Assembly (NCBI RefSeq): GCF_044704955.1 | Contig: NC_091985.1 | Span: 211,420,001 to 211,484,000, forward strand | DNA length: 64,000 nt | DNA from: Pristiophorus japonicus | Lineage: Eukaryota | Direction of reading: 5' to 3' | Shown here: piece after piece, positions 50,206 through 64,000 of the stretch | How the letters are laid out: every line of letters starts with the position of its first letter | Position numbering within the stretch: the stretch's first letter is position 1 | The notes under the pieces: generated by a model | Database searches by the model: none | Told to the model about the DNA's origin: nothing | The model's input: only the letters and a program-made list of their open reading frames with translations | Program-made: the position numbers and the translations under genes

Positions 50206-50270
50206 ATACATACTCTCGGGCACAGTGAATGACGGATTGAGATTGAATCACAATCACATATGGTAACACA

Positions 50271-51705
50271 CCGACTGACTGGCAGATATAGGTTAAAATC
50301 CACACTCACATATCGGAAAGTGACTGGTGCAGAGTAAAATGGATATTCACATAACTTTTATTCTGTACCTCTCAGTTTTTGTTAATACATTCTGTAAACC
50401 AGCAGATACAGAATAAAATACACTTGCATCCCAGAGTCAGACAGTTATAAAGTAAAACACACACTCACATACCAGAGACTGGAAGATATCACATCCTGGA
50501 AACTAACAATTGGAGAGTAACAACAACAGACAAATACCAGAAATTGACAGATAAAGATTAAAACCAAACTCGCATTCCAAAGACTGACAGATACAGAGTA
50601 AAGCCCACACTCACACCACAGAGAGTGACACATACAGTCTATAACACACTCACACATGAGAAAATGACAGCTACAGCACAAAAGCAGCACTATCACAGCA
50701 GAAACTGACAGGTACAGATTAAAACCCCTATTCATATACTAGAAACTGACAGGTACAAAATAAAACCCAACTCAGATTTGAGAAAATGAAAGTTGCAGAG
50801 TACAACCCACTCACATCGCAGATATTAACATACAGAGTAAAACTCTCACTTTCATCCCAGAGCCTGAATGATAGAGGAAAACCACACTTGCATACCAGAA
50901 ACTGACAGATACAGAGTAAAACTCACTCACTCACATCAGAGACCAATAGATACAGAGTAAAACTCTCACTCTCACATCAGAGACTTAACAGATACAGAGT
51001 AAAATCCACACTTGCATCACACACAGACAGCTATAGAGTAAATTCTGCACTCCCATATCCGAGACTAAGCTATACAGAGTAAAACTTACACTTACATAAA
51101 AGACAATGAGAGATACCCACTCTCAGATATCATAAACTGACAGATACAGGCTAAAATCCACTCTCGCATATCAGAAACTGCCAGGTACTGATTAAAGCCC
51201 ACGTTAACATACGAGAAAATGACAGCTATAGAATAAAACCCCACTCACATACCAAAGACGTGACTGATACAGAGTAAAACGCACACTCACATCCTAGAGA
51301 CTGAGAACTACATAGTTTTACCTACATTCCGATACCGGAAACAGACAGGTACAGACAAAAAATTACACTCACATCCCAGAAACTGGCAGGTACAGAGGAA
51401 AACCCATGTTACAAATTCAGAAAATAACAGGTACAGAATAAAACTCACATAACAGAAACTGACAAGGACAGAATAAATTCCCAATCACATATGAGAAACT
51501 GACAGGTACAGGGTAATACCCACATTGACATACCAGAGACCGACAGGTACAGAGTAAAATCCACACTCACATCCCGGAGACAGGCAAAAACAGTGGAACT
51601 CGCAGTCACATTCCAGAAGCAGACATGGTGTATAATAAAACCTACTTTTGCCCACCAAAAACTGAAGAAAGAACAACACTCACGTACCAGATACTGACAG
51701 CTGTA
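50271..51705 (-). repeat. 41-bp satellite, degenerate
   Basis: ACTGACAG(G/A)TACAGAGTAAAA.CCACACTCACAT units. Confidence 0.85.
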
Positions 51706-51707
51706 AG

Positions 51708-52402
51708 AGAATAAGAAATAGCAGGCGGTAAGGCCGCTCGAGCCTGCTCCGCAATTCATTACATTCATGGCTGAACTTCACCCTGAACTCCTGCCTGATA
51801 CCCATTTCCCTTGATTCCCTTTGTTCTCTGTCTTGAATATACTCAATGACTGAGTGTCTCAGACCTATGTGTATAGAATTCCAAAGATTCACATCCCTCT
51901 GAGTGAATACATTGCTCCTCATCTCAGTCCTAAGTGTCCGATCCCTTATCCTGAGACTGTGACCCCTAGATCGAGACTATCCAGCAAAGGGAAACATCCT
52001 CACAGCATCTACCCTGCCAAGACTTCTAAGATTTTTTTAGGTTTCAATGAGCTCAGCTCTCATTCTTCTAAACTCCAGTGTATAGGTGCATTTCACTCAA
52101 TCTCCCTAACCCAGGATTCAATGTTGCACCCCCTCTAATATCCTTCCTTAGGCAATGAGACCAAAACTGTGCCCAGTAATCCAGGTGTGGTCTCACCAAA
52201 GCCCTACATAATTGCAGCCACATTTCTTTACTCTTATACTCCAAACCCCTTGTAATAAAGGCCAACATATCCTTTACCTTCCTAATTGCTTGCAGTAGCT
52301 GCAAGTTAACTATATGTGATCCGTGTACAATGACACTTAAATCCCCCTGAATAACTAGATTTACTAGTCTCTCCTCTTTTAAACATTCTGCTTTTTGATT
52401 CA
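51708..52402 (-). mobile_element. CR1 3' portion
   Basis: LEYKSKEMWLQLCRALVRPHLDYWAQFWS. Confidence 0.85.
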
Positions 52403-52414
52403 TATAAAATTTAA

Positions 52415-52740
52415 CACACACTCACATCCCATAGTCTGATCAATACAGTGTAAAACACACACTCACATCCCATAGTCTGAACTATACAGTGTAAAACACA
52501 CACTCACATCCCATAGTCTGAACTATACAATGTAAAACCCACACTCACATCCCATAGTCTGAACTATACAGTGTAAAACACACACTCACATCCCAAAGTC
52601 TGAACTGTACAGTGTAAAACACACACTCACATCCCAAAGTCTGAATTATACAGTGTAAAACCCACACTCACATCCCATAGTCTGAACTATACAGTGTAAA
52701 ACCCACACTCACATCCCATAGTCTAAACAATACAGGGTGA
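52415..52740 (-). repeat. Homogeneous 41-bp satellite variant (~8 copies)
   Basis: CACACTCACATCCCATAGTCTGAACTATACAGTGTAAAACA. Confidence 0.93.
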
Positions 52741-52854
52741 CAGATTGAGCAGAGACAGCAGCCTCTGAGCTTCCAGATCCACCTCCAAGCTTCACGCTCC
52801 AGCATTGAAATACTTGCCTGCTCCCCACCAACACCGTCCCCCCCCACCCCCACT

Positions 52855-54110
52855 TGTCTCCCGCCCAGTATTTAAACTGATGGGAAGGGCCCATGCGAGC
52901 TCCCCTTCCCCAGCTCTGCCAGTGGCTGCCGTTTCCTCTGTGCTGGGCTGATGATCGTTGAACACATCAGGGAGCGGAGATATTCCAGGCCAGAGTAAGG
53001 GAGCTAACAGCAGCCTCCTTACAGCAGCTCGTCGCATTGAGACTGTGTCTGCAAATGGGCTTTGTGTCGGGGAATCGGGGGCTGTTTGTAAGAGGCAGAA
53101 TGGAGCAGGAAGTAGTTTGGGAACATGGAGTGAGTGGGGGAAGGGAGCGGAGATATCCCGGGCTATGTGTGTACAGTGTAAGGTAACAGAGAAAGTTAAT
53201 CACCACACTCTTTCAAATCATTGCTGGTTTCTGTCACCAAACCAGTAGTGAATGTTCCTGATTCAGTCCCAATCTCACCGTGTCTGCCCTTCTTGGACAT
53301 TGAACAGTGGAAACACAGCCTGACAGTGAGGATGTGAGGGGTGTCACAAAGTGTATCTATTGCAGGCACCAGGACAGAAAGTAGACATTTCAAATTTGGT
53401 AATTTTGTTTCAGTGCGTTGAGTTCTCCAGAACCGTGTTGAAGGTGATCGAGAGATACATTGTCGCTCCCTCAGATACATCATGATCCGGGCTCTGTGAC
53501 ATTCTGTTGACTGCACAGGCACTTAACTCGGTTCCAATAGACTGAGAACAATTGTTGTACAGCCCAGGTACCTGTGGTTATAATCCAGAAAGCGATTCAG
53601 AATTTTACAGGTAGTCCTATGGGAGTGGAGGATATAAACCTCGATTGTATTAATCGGGTGATCCCATTCATGGACCAGTGCTGGGTTTGAGTTGTGTCTA
53701 GATGCTGATAACTTTCTATAGAACCGTCCTACACACCTGGTGTGGAAAATCTGAGTGCCGCTGTACTGCAGTGAGGTCAGACAAGAACACTGTTTGTATC
53801 ACGGTTTCCTCTCTCCAGATACTTTACTTTATTATAAACATATACATTCATTACAACTTTATTTTATATTTTCCCCATCAGTTGTCCATATCATAACTAA
53901 TATTTTTCTGATATTATTATTCTCAAAGCAAAATACTTCATTGAGCCAGTATAAATATGATATTTCTTCCACCCAGAACACAAGACAAAGTGCAGGCAGC
54001 TCCTTCTCGCATACAGTAAGTACATTATCACTCACAGAGCGCAGAGACACAGAACTGACCTCAATCCTGTTATCACAGGCAGCAGAAGCTGTCAGTCCAA
54101 CAGTGATCTG
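52855..54110 (+). repeat. Segmental duplication module, copy D (inverted)
   Basis: Reverse complement of ~1840-3100; donors at 52995 and 54016; acceptor mutated to AA at ~53925. Confidence 0.88.
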
Positions 54111-54189
54111 AAGTGGCTGAGTTTCATTGTGAATCTTACAGCCACACAGAGCGGTAGGATCAAATGCTGTTTCACTATTGAAACATATC

Positions 54190-55055
54190 ACATTCATATA
54201 CCAGATACTGAAATATATAGAATAAAACCCACACTTGCACACCAGAAACTGATGGGTATAGATTAAACCCACACTCATAGACCAGAAACTGACAGATACA
54301 GATTAAACCACACACTTTTTACCAGAAACTGACAGGTACAGATTAATCCCCACTTTCACATATCAAAGACTGAAAGGTACATCTTAAAACCACTCTCTCA
54401 AACCAGAAACAGACAGGTACAGAATATCACCCACACTCACATACCAGAAACTAATAGGTACAGATTAAAGCCCACAATAATAGACCAGAAATTGATCGGT
54501 ACAGATTAACCCCACACTCATATACCAGAAACTGATACGTACAGATTAAACCCACACTCACATACCAGAAACTGACAGGTACAGGTTAAACCCCACATTC
54601 GCATACCAGAGATTGAAATGTATAGAATAAAATAAACACTCACGTATAAACTGACAGTTACAGAAAAAATACACAGTCACATACCAGAGACTGACAGGTA
54701 CAGATTAAAGACCACACTCACATACCAGAAACTGACAGGTACAGATTAACCCAACAGTCATATACCAGAACCGAGAGGTACAGAATAAACCCACACTCAC
54801 ATAGCAGCTGACAGGTGCAGATTAACCCACACTAACATACCAGAGACAAATGGATACAGAATAAACACCACACTCAAATACTAGAGAGTGACAGGTACAG
54901 ATTAAAACCCACAATCACATAACCGAAACTGAGAGGTAGAGAGTAACCCCAACAATCATATACCAGTAACTGACAGGTACAGATTAAACGCCACATTCAT
55001 ATACCAGAGATAGACAGGTACAGAATAAAATACACACTCTCATACCATAATCTGA
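54190..55055 (-). repeat. 41-bp satellite
   Basis: ACCAGAAACTGACAGGTACAGATTAAACCCACACTCACAT units. Confidence 0.9.
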
Positions 55056-55228
55056 CACCATCAGCTCCCGGGAGATCCAGACCACAGTGCGCCTGCTGCT
55101 GCTGTCCGGGGAGCTAGCCAAGCACGCCGTGTCGGAAGGGACAAAGGCGGTGACCAAGTACACCAGCTCCCAGTAAAACTCCTCGCTGTCCTGAGGGAAC
55201 ACCCCAAACACTGGCTCTTTTAAGAACC
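55056..55228 (+). pseudogene. Histone H2B 3' fragment with degenerate stem-loop
   Basis: [39 protein letters not shown] (TAA 55174-55176); GGCTCTTTTAAGAACC at 55213-55228. Confidence 0.92.
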
Positions 55229-56104
55229 ACCCACAACCTCTCTGAAAGACCTAAAGCGCAACACCCTTTAGACTCAATATTCTGTAATTATTTCCTGAAC
55301 AAGTGTGTTTGGGAACCTTTGCAGTTCCAGCTGTGGAATTAGTTTTGAATTCTCATAAGCAGCTTCACTGTCTGGTTCGACGTTAGGACCGCTGTTGATT
55401 TTCACGCCATTCATGCTACAAACACGATTCCTTGTCGCTCGTTCCCATTTACAGCACCTGCCGAGGAATTAAGAGCTTGTTTAGGGAATGAGGCTCAGAT
55501 TTCAGTCACCTCATTCTCTCGCAAGCCCTTTACAAGTTTATTTTTCAATTCCTGTTACGGTCAATCCGTTTATTAACCCGGGACTCCCTGCAGTGTAAAA
55601 ACCCAGAATGGGGGTTCGTACAGAGACCAGAACGGGAGCAGTGTGAACACTCTATCCCTCTTCCCTTTTCACAGAAGGGCTCCCAGTTCTGGTCTCACTC
55701 CCGCCTGTGCGGAAGATCAATCCATGATTTGTGATTCCCAACTTTTACACAGTTTGAGCTGGAATGTGCCCTGTTACAGAATCAGTGAGGATTGATTGCC
55801 GTCTGTTAGACAGATTGACAGTGAACGCGAATTTAATTTTGATTGTAACAGCCTGGAATTAGTAAGGGAAATATGGAATAAAATAAAAGGAAGTAAAACC
55901 TGTTTGTAAACCTTTGGCTAATGGTGCATTTATTAACATAATCCGCACTTTAAAAAATTATTGGCGGTGTTTTTGAAATTAAAAATCTTTCGAGGTGTGA
56001 CTGTTGAGGACAGGAATTTCCACCCTCGTTTCATTGGTGATCTCAACAGACAATGGGTAAGGCGAGAGATTAACATTCAGCGGCAATTTCAGTAAAGAAT
56101 CATC

Positions 56105-56446
<342 letters not shown>

Positions 56447-56671
56447 ATCCACCTCCTCACAGAGAGAGCAGTGACCTGGGGAACGGGGGCGAGATAGTTG
56501 ATTTACATTTTGTTCTGTATAGATATGTTTTTTGCCAAGATCTATATTGTGGTGTTAGGTGTTTTAAATCAGCATATACACGATGGACAGAATGTCCTTT
56601 TAGTCTTCAACTCATAGACATTTACGGGGCATTCCAGATGAAGGTAATACTGAAAAAACTAATGTAGTTAG

Positions 56672-57941
56672 AACATAAGAACATAAAAACATAAGAAATA
56701 GGAGCAAATGTCGGCCATACGGCCCCTCGAGCCTGCTCCGCCATTTAATACGATCATGGACTCGGGTCTACTTCCCTGCCCCATATTCCCTTATTCCCTT
56801 ATTAAGAAACTCTCTGTTTCTGTCTTAAATTTATTCAATGTCCCAGCTCTCTGAGGCAGCGAATTCCACAGATTCACAATCCTCAAAGAAATTTCTCCTC
56901 ATCTCAGTTCTAAATGGGCGACCTCTTATTCTAAGATTAAGCCCTCTAGTTCTAGTTTCCCCTAGCAGTGGAAACATCCTCTCTGCATCCACCTTGTTAA
57001 GCCCCTCATAATCTTATGTTTCGATAAGATCACCTCTCATTCTTCTGAATTCCAATGAGTAGAGGCCCAACATACTCAACCATTCCTCAAGTCAACCCCC
57101 TCATTCCGGAATCAACCTTGTGAAACTTCTCTGAACTGCCTCCAAAGCAAGTATATCCTTTTGTAAATATGGAAACCAAAACTGCATGCAGTATTCCAGG
57201 TGTGGCCTCACCAATACCCTGTACAACTGTAGCAAGACTTCCCTGCTTTTATATTCCATCCCCTTTGCAATAAAGGCCAGATTCCATTGGCCTTCCTGAT
57301 CACTTGCTGTACCTGCATACTAACCTTTTGTGTTTCATGCACAAGTACCCCCAGGTCCCGCTGCACTGCAGCACTTTGCAATCTTTCACCATTGAAATAA
57401 TAACTTGCTCTTTGATTTTTTTTCTGCCAAAGTGCATGACCTCACACTTTCCAATATTATACTCCATCTGCCAAATCCTTGCTCACTCACTTAGCCTCTC
57501 TATGTCCTTTTGCAGAATTTTTGTGTCCTCCTCACCCATTGCTTTTCCTCCCATCTTTGTATCGTCAGCAAACTTGGCTGCATTACACTCGGTCCTTTCT
57601 TCCAAGTCGTTAATATCGATCATAAATAGTTGGGGTCCTAGCACTGATCCCTGTGGCATCCTATTGGTTACTGATTGCCAACCCGGGAATGAACCATTTA
57701 TCCCCACTCTCTGGTTTCTGTTTGTTAGCCAATCCGCTATCCATGCTAATATATTACCCCCAATCCCGTGAACTTTTATCTTGTGCAGTCAGTAACCTTT
57801 TATGTGGCACTTTGTCAAATGCGTTCTGGAAGTCCAAATATACCACATCCACAGCTTCCCCATTATCCACCCTGTTCGTGACATCCTCAAAGAATTCCAG
57901 CAAATTTGTCAAACATGACTTCCCCTTCATAAATCCATGCT
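56672..57941 (-). mobile_element. CR1 LINE RT region to 3' tail
   Basis: [15 protein letters not shown]; (AACATAAG)n tail. Confidence 0.93.
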
Positions 57942-58339
57942 GTTACATCCATGTTGCAGCAGTGACAGATAAGAAAGGTGTTGAATTAAACGATGGGATG
58001 AAGGCAGCATCAGGGCGGAAGGACAGTGAGGGTCCCTTGCCCTCATAGAAGGACTCCCAAGTCCTGATCAGAAGTGACCCTCAGGCAATCTTGGTTATAA
58101 ATCGGTCAATGTCTCGAACATGTAGAAATCTAGATCGACATCCACAGCAGCGAGTTTGCTGTTCAGATTATTGAATGTATATATAGGAAAAAACGTGAAT
58201 TAACCTTCCGCATAAGTCCGGCCGTCATTAACCATTTTTGCCTGAGAGCAGAACAGAAACATAAAGAACGGAGTATAAATCGGGAGGGGATGTCATTGAT
58301 GACCGAATTCAAGAATTTGAGATTGTGGCGAGTAATAAA

Positions 58340-58490
58340 TCTGATTGGTCCCTTTAAACATCCAATCAGAGAGATACAGAACAAATGAAATTGACAACGC
58401 AGCTAATGAACCAATCACAATCGTTGCCTTTACCCATCCCTTATTAGCATAGGGATGTGGGCGGAGTGTGGGGCTGCCTATATAATACGA
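58340..58490 (+). promoter_or_regulatory. H2B promoter
   Basis: CCAAT boxes ~58362 and 58411, octamer-like CTTATTAGCATA ~58440, GC box, TATATAA ~58479. Confidence 0.75.
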
Positions 58491-58537
58491 GCCCGGAGCA
58501 GAATTTCTTTCATATCTGCACCTGATTAAACAAGACG

Positions 58538-58930
58538 ATGCCTGAGAATAAGAAACCAGCTTCGAAAAAGGGCGCCAAGAAAGTCATCAAGAAAACACCA
58601 CCGAAGGGCGGCAAGAAACGCAGAAAGTCGAGGAAGCAGAGTTACTCCATCTACATCTACAAAGTGATGAAGCAGGTTCACCCCGACACCGGCATCTCCT
58701 CCAAGGCCATGGGCATCATGAACTCGTTTGTGAACGATATTTTCGAGCGCATCGCGGGTGAGGCTTCCCGCCTGGCCCATTACAACAAGCGCCGCACCAT
58801 CAGTTCCCGAGAGATCCAGACCGCCGTGCGCCTGCTGCTGCCCGGGGAGCTGGCCAAGCACGCCGTGTCGGAAGGGACAAAGGCGGTGACCAAGTACACC
58901 AGCTCCAAGTCAAGTTCCACGCTGTCCTGA
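58538..58930 (+). CDS. H2B: Histone H2B with 6-aa C-terminal extension
   Basis: Canonical H2B fold ending [12 protein letters not shown]; variant stem-loop at 58951-58966; HDE GAAAGAGCTG ~58982. Confidence 0.93.
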   Translation: MPENKKPASKKGAKKVIKKTPPKGGKKRRKSRKQSYSIYIYKVMKQVHPDTGISSKAMGIMNSFVNDIFERIAGEASRLAHYNKRRTISSREIQTAVRLLLPGELAKHAVSEGTKAVTKYTSSKSSSTLS

Positions 58931-59699
58931 CAACAAACCTCAAACACAACGACTCTTTTAAAAGTCACCCACAACATCATTGAAAGAGCTGCACAAACAC
59001 ATCTCCCTTTAAACTGAATTTACTGTAGTTATTTCCTGAACAAGTGTGTGTGAGAACCTTTGTAGTTCCAGCTGTCGATTTAGTTTTGAATTTTCATAAA
59101 AAGCTTCACTGACCGGCTTGACTTTGGCGTCGCTGGAATTTGCTGCAGTGAGTAAACTACAAACACGGTCCCTGGTCGCTTTCCCTTTGTTCTCAGACCC
59201 GTTCATTCACAGCGCCTGCCGACGAATTTATTTTGGGGGGCGGGGAGACTCCGATTTCAGTCACATTCTCACTCAAGCCCTTTTTACATGTTTTTTTTTT
59301 ATTCCGTTGCGCTCAGTCCGTTTATTAACTCGAGACTCCCCGCAGTGTAACAACCTAGAATGGGCGTTCTTAGAGACTAGAACAGGGGCAGTTTGAACAC
59401 CCTGTCCCTCTTCACTTTTTACAGAAGGACTCTCAGTTCTGGTCTCACTCCCACAGCAGCTCCTGTGAAAACAAGTTCACTTTTACAAAGATGGAGCTGG
59501 AATGTGTCTGGTTACATGATCAGTGGGGACTGAGTCCCGCCCGTTACAGACAGTTTGAAACTGAATCCAAATTTAATCCTGATTGTAACAGGCTGGAATT
59601 TGCAAGGCAAACATGGAATAAGACAAAAGGAAACAAAAAGTGTTTTGAAGTATTTGGCTAATGGTGAAGTTACTAACATAATCCGCAATTTTCACAATT

Positions 59700-60324
<625 letters not shown>

Positions 60325-60354
60325 AGCGGACAAGATTTAATCTAATAACCCAAA

Positions 60355-60370
60355 GGCTCTTTTCAGAGCC
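60355..60370 (+). terminator. Histone 3' stem-loop (H2A)
   Basis: CAAA-GGCTCTTTTCAGAGCC-ACCCA, perfect consensus. Confidence 0.97.
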
Positions 60371-60416
60371 ACCCACAGTATCTGTGAAGGGGATGCTTAC
60401 TGTCTTAATGGAGTCA

Positions 60417-60672
60417 GAGAAAATAGGTGCAGGAGGCGGCCATTCGAGCCTGCACCATCATTCAATAAGATCATGGTTGATTATTCCCTCAGTACCCCTT
60501 TTCTGCTTTCTCTCAATATTCCTTTAGCCATAAGGGCCACATCTAACTCCCTGTTGAATATATCTAACGAACTGGCATCAACAACTCTCTGCGGTAGGAA
60601 ATTCCACAGGTTAACAACTCTTGAGTGAATAAGTTTCTCCTCATCTCAGTCCTAAATGGCTTACCCCTTATC
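60417..60672 (-). mobile_element. CR1 3' tail fragment
   Basis: Matches 8200-8470. Confidence 0.85.
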
Positions 60673-61312
60673 CGTATGCGGGAGTTTTCAGTTCACGGTC
60701 TCTGCATTACGGTTCTCTGCTCACACATACTCTTCCCGTTAACAGCGAATAATTGAACTACAGTTGTCACTCAACAATTGTATAAATACCGCCACCGGTT
60801 CTTTAAATATTCTTTAATCTGTCTGAAAACGAGAGTCGGCGATGATGAATGAATGTAGTAATAAAAGGGCCTAGTTTAATTCTGGTCTGGTTTGAGATAT
60901 TTTGTATGCTGGTTTTGTTCTCGGGAGCTCCGGCCGTTCCCGGGCTTCTCTGCTAAGCCAGTCAGTTTCGACCGCACTGCATCAGCGAGCGATGCACAAC
61001 ACATACAGGATCCGGGCCCATTGCAGTGCTTCCCAGATCTGCCTGCCCCTATTCTCCGACAACACCGAATGGGGAAATCTGTACTCTACCCCGGGGAACT
61101 TGGGGGTCAGAGCGACGCAAAGCCGATGTCAGTCTGAAAATATTAAAGGGCTCATCAGTTAATCGTCAATAACTCCCATGTGAACCGAGCTGGTATATAA
61201 ATACACGATCAGTAATCAGTCCCACACCCTCTGCCCGTCCCTACAATGGGTTAATGAACAACACGAAGCTCTGGTTACAAGAGATCGCAGCTCTTTCCTT
61301 TGCTGATTTGGT

Positions 61313-61328
61313 GGCTCTGAAAAGAGCC
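61313..61328 (-). terminator. Histone 3' stem-loop (H3)
   Basis: Minus-strand GGCTCTTTTCAGAGCC-ACCA; HDE GGAAAGAGCTG at ~61288-61298. Confidence 0.95.
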
Positions 61329-61373
61329 GTTGTTTCACTTGGTACTGAAGCTTCGAGCCANNNNNNNNNNNNN

Positions 61374-61943
<570 letters not shown>

Positions 61944-62770
61944 TTACTGGGCCTTGATTGGCTGAACTGAAACTGACAGTTGGTCAATTTCAAAAAGCCC
62001 GCCGATTTCAGAATATCAACCAACAGAGATTAAATAAAATCTAATTTCCCGCCAGCAATTTAAGAATCCCGCTCTTTATAACGGCGATTGTGCCCCATTA
62101 TAAGTCACCAATCCTATTCTGTCACATTCCGGTTTGAATTCTGTTCCATTCCCTGATCCGTCTATACCGGGCGGGAATAAATCCCCGGTCACTGCTTCCT
62201 GTAAACATAAAGATCCCGCCAGTGCCGTCCCATTTAACCGATTCTCACACAGAAACCGCACATGACAGGAATTATCTGTGAGGGGAGACTAATATCTGGG
62301 ACTGTGTATCCTGCCCGGTAGTTGTGACTGTCAGCCGGAGTTTTTGATCTCTCATATTTACAATAGTTGTAAAATATTTAATAATTCCCATATTCCTACA
62401 GCGACTACACTCCAAAAGTACTTCATTGGTCTTGTTCATTAGATGTGTTCGGGAGGGAGTTGGATGTGGTCCTTGCGGCTGATGGGGGGGGGGGGCGGGG
62501 GTCGGGGAGTATGGAGGGGGCGTGGGAAGGTGCTGGAGTGGGTGATCAGCTGTGATCTTGTTGAATGGCGGTGCAGGCTCGAAGGGCCGAATGGCCTATT
62601 CTACTCCTGCACCTATTTTCTGTTTCTATGTCTTGAGACGTTCGGTGGTCGTGAAAGGCGTTATATAAATCCAAACCTTTCTTTCCATTAATTAAACAGC
62701 CGAAACCATTTCCCAACCAAACTGTCCGCGTTCCCATCCCCAGGTCGCTGCTCTCTGTGAGCCGGTGGGT

Positions 62771-62786
62771 GGCTCTTAGAAGAGTC
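62771..62786 (-). terminator. Histone 3' stem-loop (H4), one mismatch
   Basis: Minus-strand AAA-GACTCTTCTAAGAGCC-ACCCA. Confidence 0.88.
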
Positions 62787-62819
62787 TTTGTGTTGTTTGG
62801 GGGAAAAGGGTTGAGTTAT

Positions 62820-63140
<321 letters not shown>

Positions 63141-63909
63141 TCACTCAAACAGTCGTTGAATGAGAAGTGAACTGCTCCCGGCTCCTTTTTATAGAGCCGG
63201 AGCCGACCTGACTGAGAAAGCGCAGAGTGAGAGAGGCGGGAAAGGGAGGAGACAGAGTCAAGATTGACAGACAGAGCAGAGAGCGGCCTCTGATCTTCCA
63301 GCTCCGCCTCCAGCTTTCTGCAGCCGCCAATTTCAAACCGTTTTCCCACAATAGAACCGAAACACAGCGCTCCGCACAAACCCTTACTGACTCGGAATTC
63401 ATCTTCAAGACTTCCAGGAACCAGAAGCTTTTAAATAAGGTCCCGTTACAATTAACAATCACGAATATTCCCGCCTATATACAGCCCCTTCCCTGTCAAT
63501 CTCAGACCTTGTTCCATCTCCCCACACTTCTTCTCACAGACGGGTTCAGCAGTTTACAAACACCTTATTCCAGCTGATTTGGAGAATGTGGTGTTTGGGG
63601 TTTGAGTTGTGAGGCGGGGTATCTCCGCCAGTATCACCGTCTCACAGACTCTCCCCCTGAATCTGTGAAATGACAATGACCAGGAACTGAGACTGGAGCC
63701 GAACACATCCCCAGTTAGTGAGGCTCGGGCCGGACATCCCATATTCTGTGTTTTATTGCAGACACTGGGGGAGAAGTGGGTGCAGCTAATGTCAGCGAGT
63801 CACCGGGGATCCTGGCTTCATGTTCAATGATTTCTGTCTGAAATCTGAGCCCGGCCCGGGACAGGGATCATTTGATTCGGGGATCAGCTCTTTTCTGAGA
63901 AGCGTGGTT

Positions 63910-63925
63910 GGCTCTGAGAAGAGCC
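63910..63925 (-). terminator. Histone 3' stem-loop (H1)
   Basis: Minus-strand AAA-GGCTCTTCTCAGAGCC-AACC; HDE AAAAGAGCTG at ~63885. Confidence 0.93.
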
Positions 63926-63959
63926 TTTGTGTTCAGATGTTTACAAGTTGCATTTTTTA

Positions 63960-64000
63960 TTACTTTTTGTGCGCTGCTTTCTTGGGTTTTGCTGATTTGG
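63960..64000 (-). CDS. H1: Histone H1, C-terminal end (gene runs off window)
   Basis: Minus strand KSAKPKKAAHKK followed by TAA TAA, then the histone stem-loop. Confidence 0.85.
   Translation of the reverse strand, partial: KSAKPKKAAHKK

Larger units (their letters stand above)
47198..50270 (+). repeat. Segmental duplication module, copy C (inverted relative to copy A)
   Basis: Reverse complement of 1350-3362; donors GTAAGG at 47627 and GTAAGT at 49221; acceptor at 49132-49133. Confidence 0.88.

Overview
Vertebrate genomic DNA, most likely a shark or other cartilaginous fish. This is inferred from the CR1/HER1-type LINEs, a SacSINE1/DeuSINE-like tRNA SINE and the M-E-x-P-W-K-C-G-D-C type zinc-finger gene. 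The window is mostly repeats: many truncated CR1 LINEs, L2 and RTE fragments, SINEs, a 41-bp and a 67-bp satellite, and several minisatellites. Genes: one intact 10-finger C2H2 zinc-finger gene (26176-27018) with probable non-coding upstream exons from a CpG promoter near 12.1-12.4 kb, and a replication-dependent histone cluster at the right end (H2B+, H2A+, H3- with an N gap, H4-, 3' end of H1-) preceded by H2B and H4 pseudogenes. Most unusual structures: (1) an ERV gag-pro remnant bracketed by inverted LTRs; (2) a ~1-kb satellite built from the CR1 3'-terminal hairpin; (3) a four-copy, apparently spliced non-coding module carried in satellite DNA in both orientations; (4) a short element with an RTE 3' tail and a 28-bp fold-back; (5) a ZNF start codon apparently recruited from a finger linker, behind three in-frame TGA-broken fingers; (6) a stop-loss H2B with an altered 3' stem-loop. 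Repeat boundaries were read by eye and are approximate (tens of bp) unless a TSD or terminal motif is quoted.
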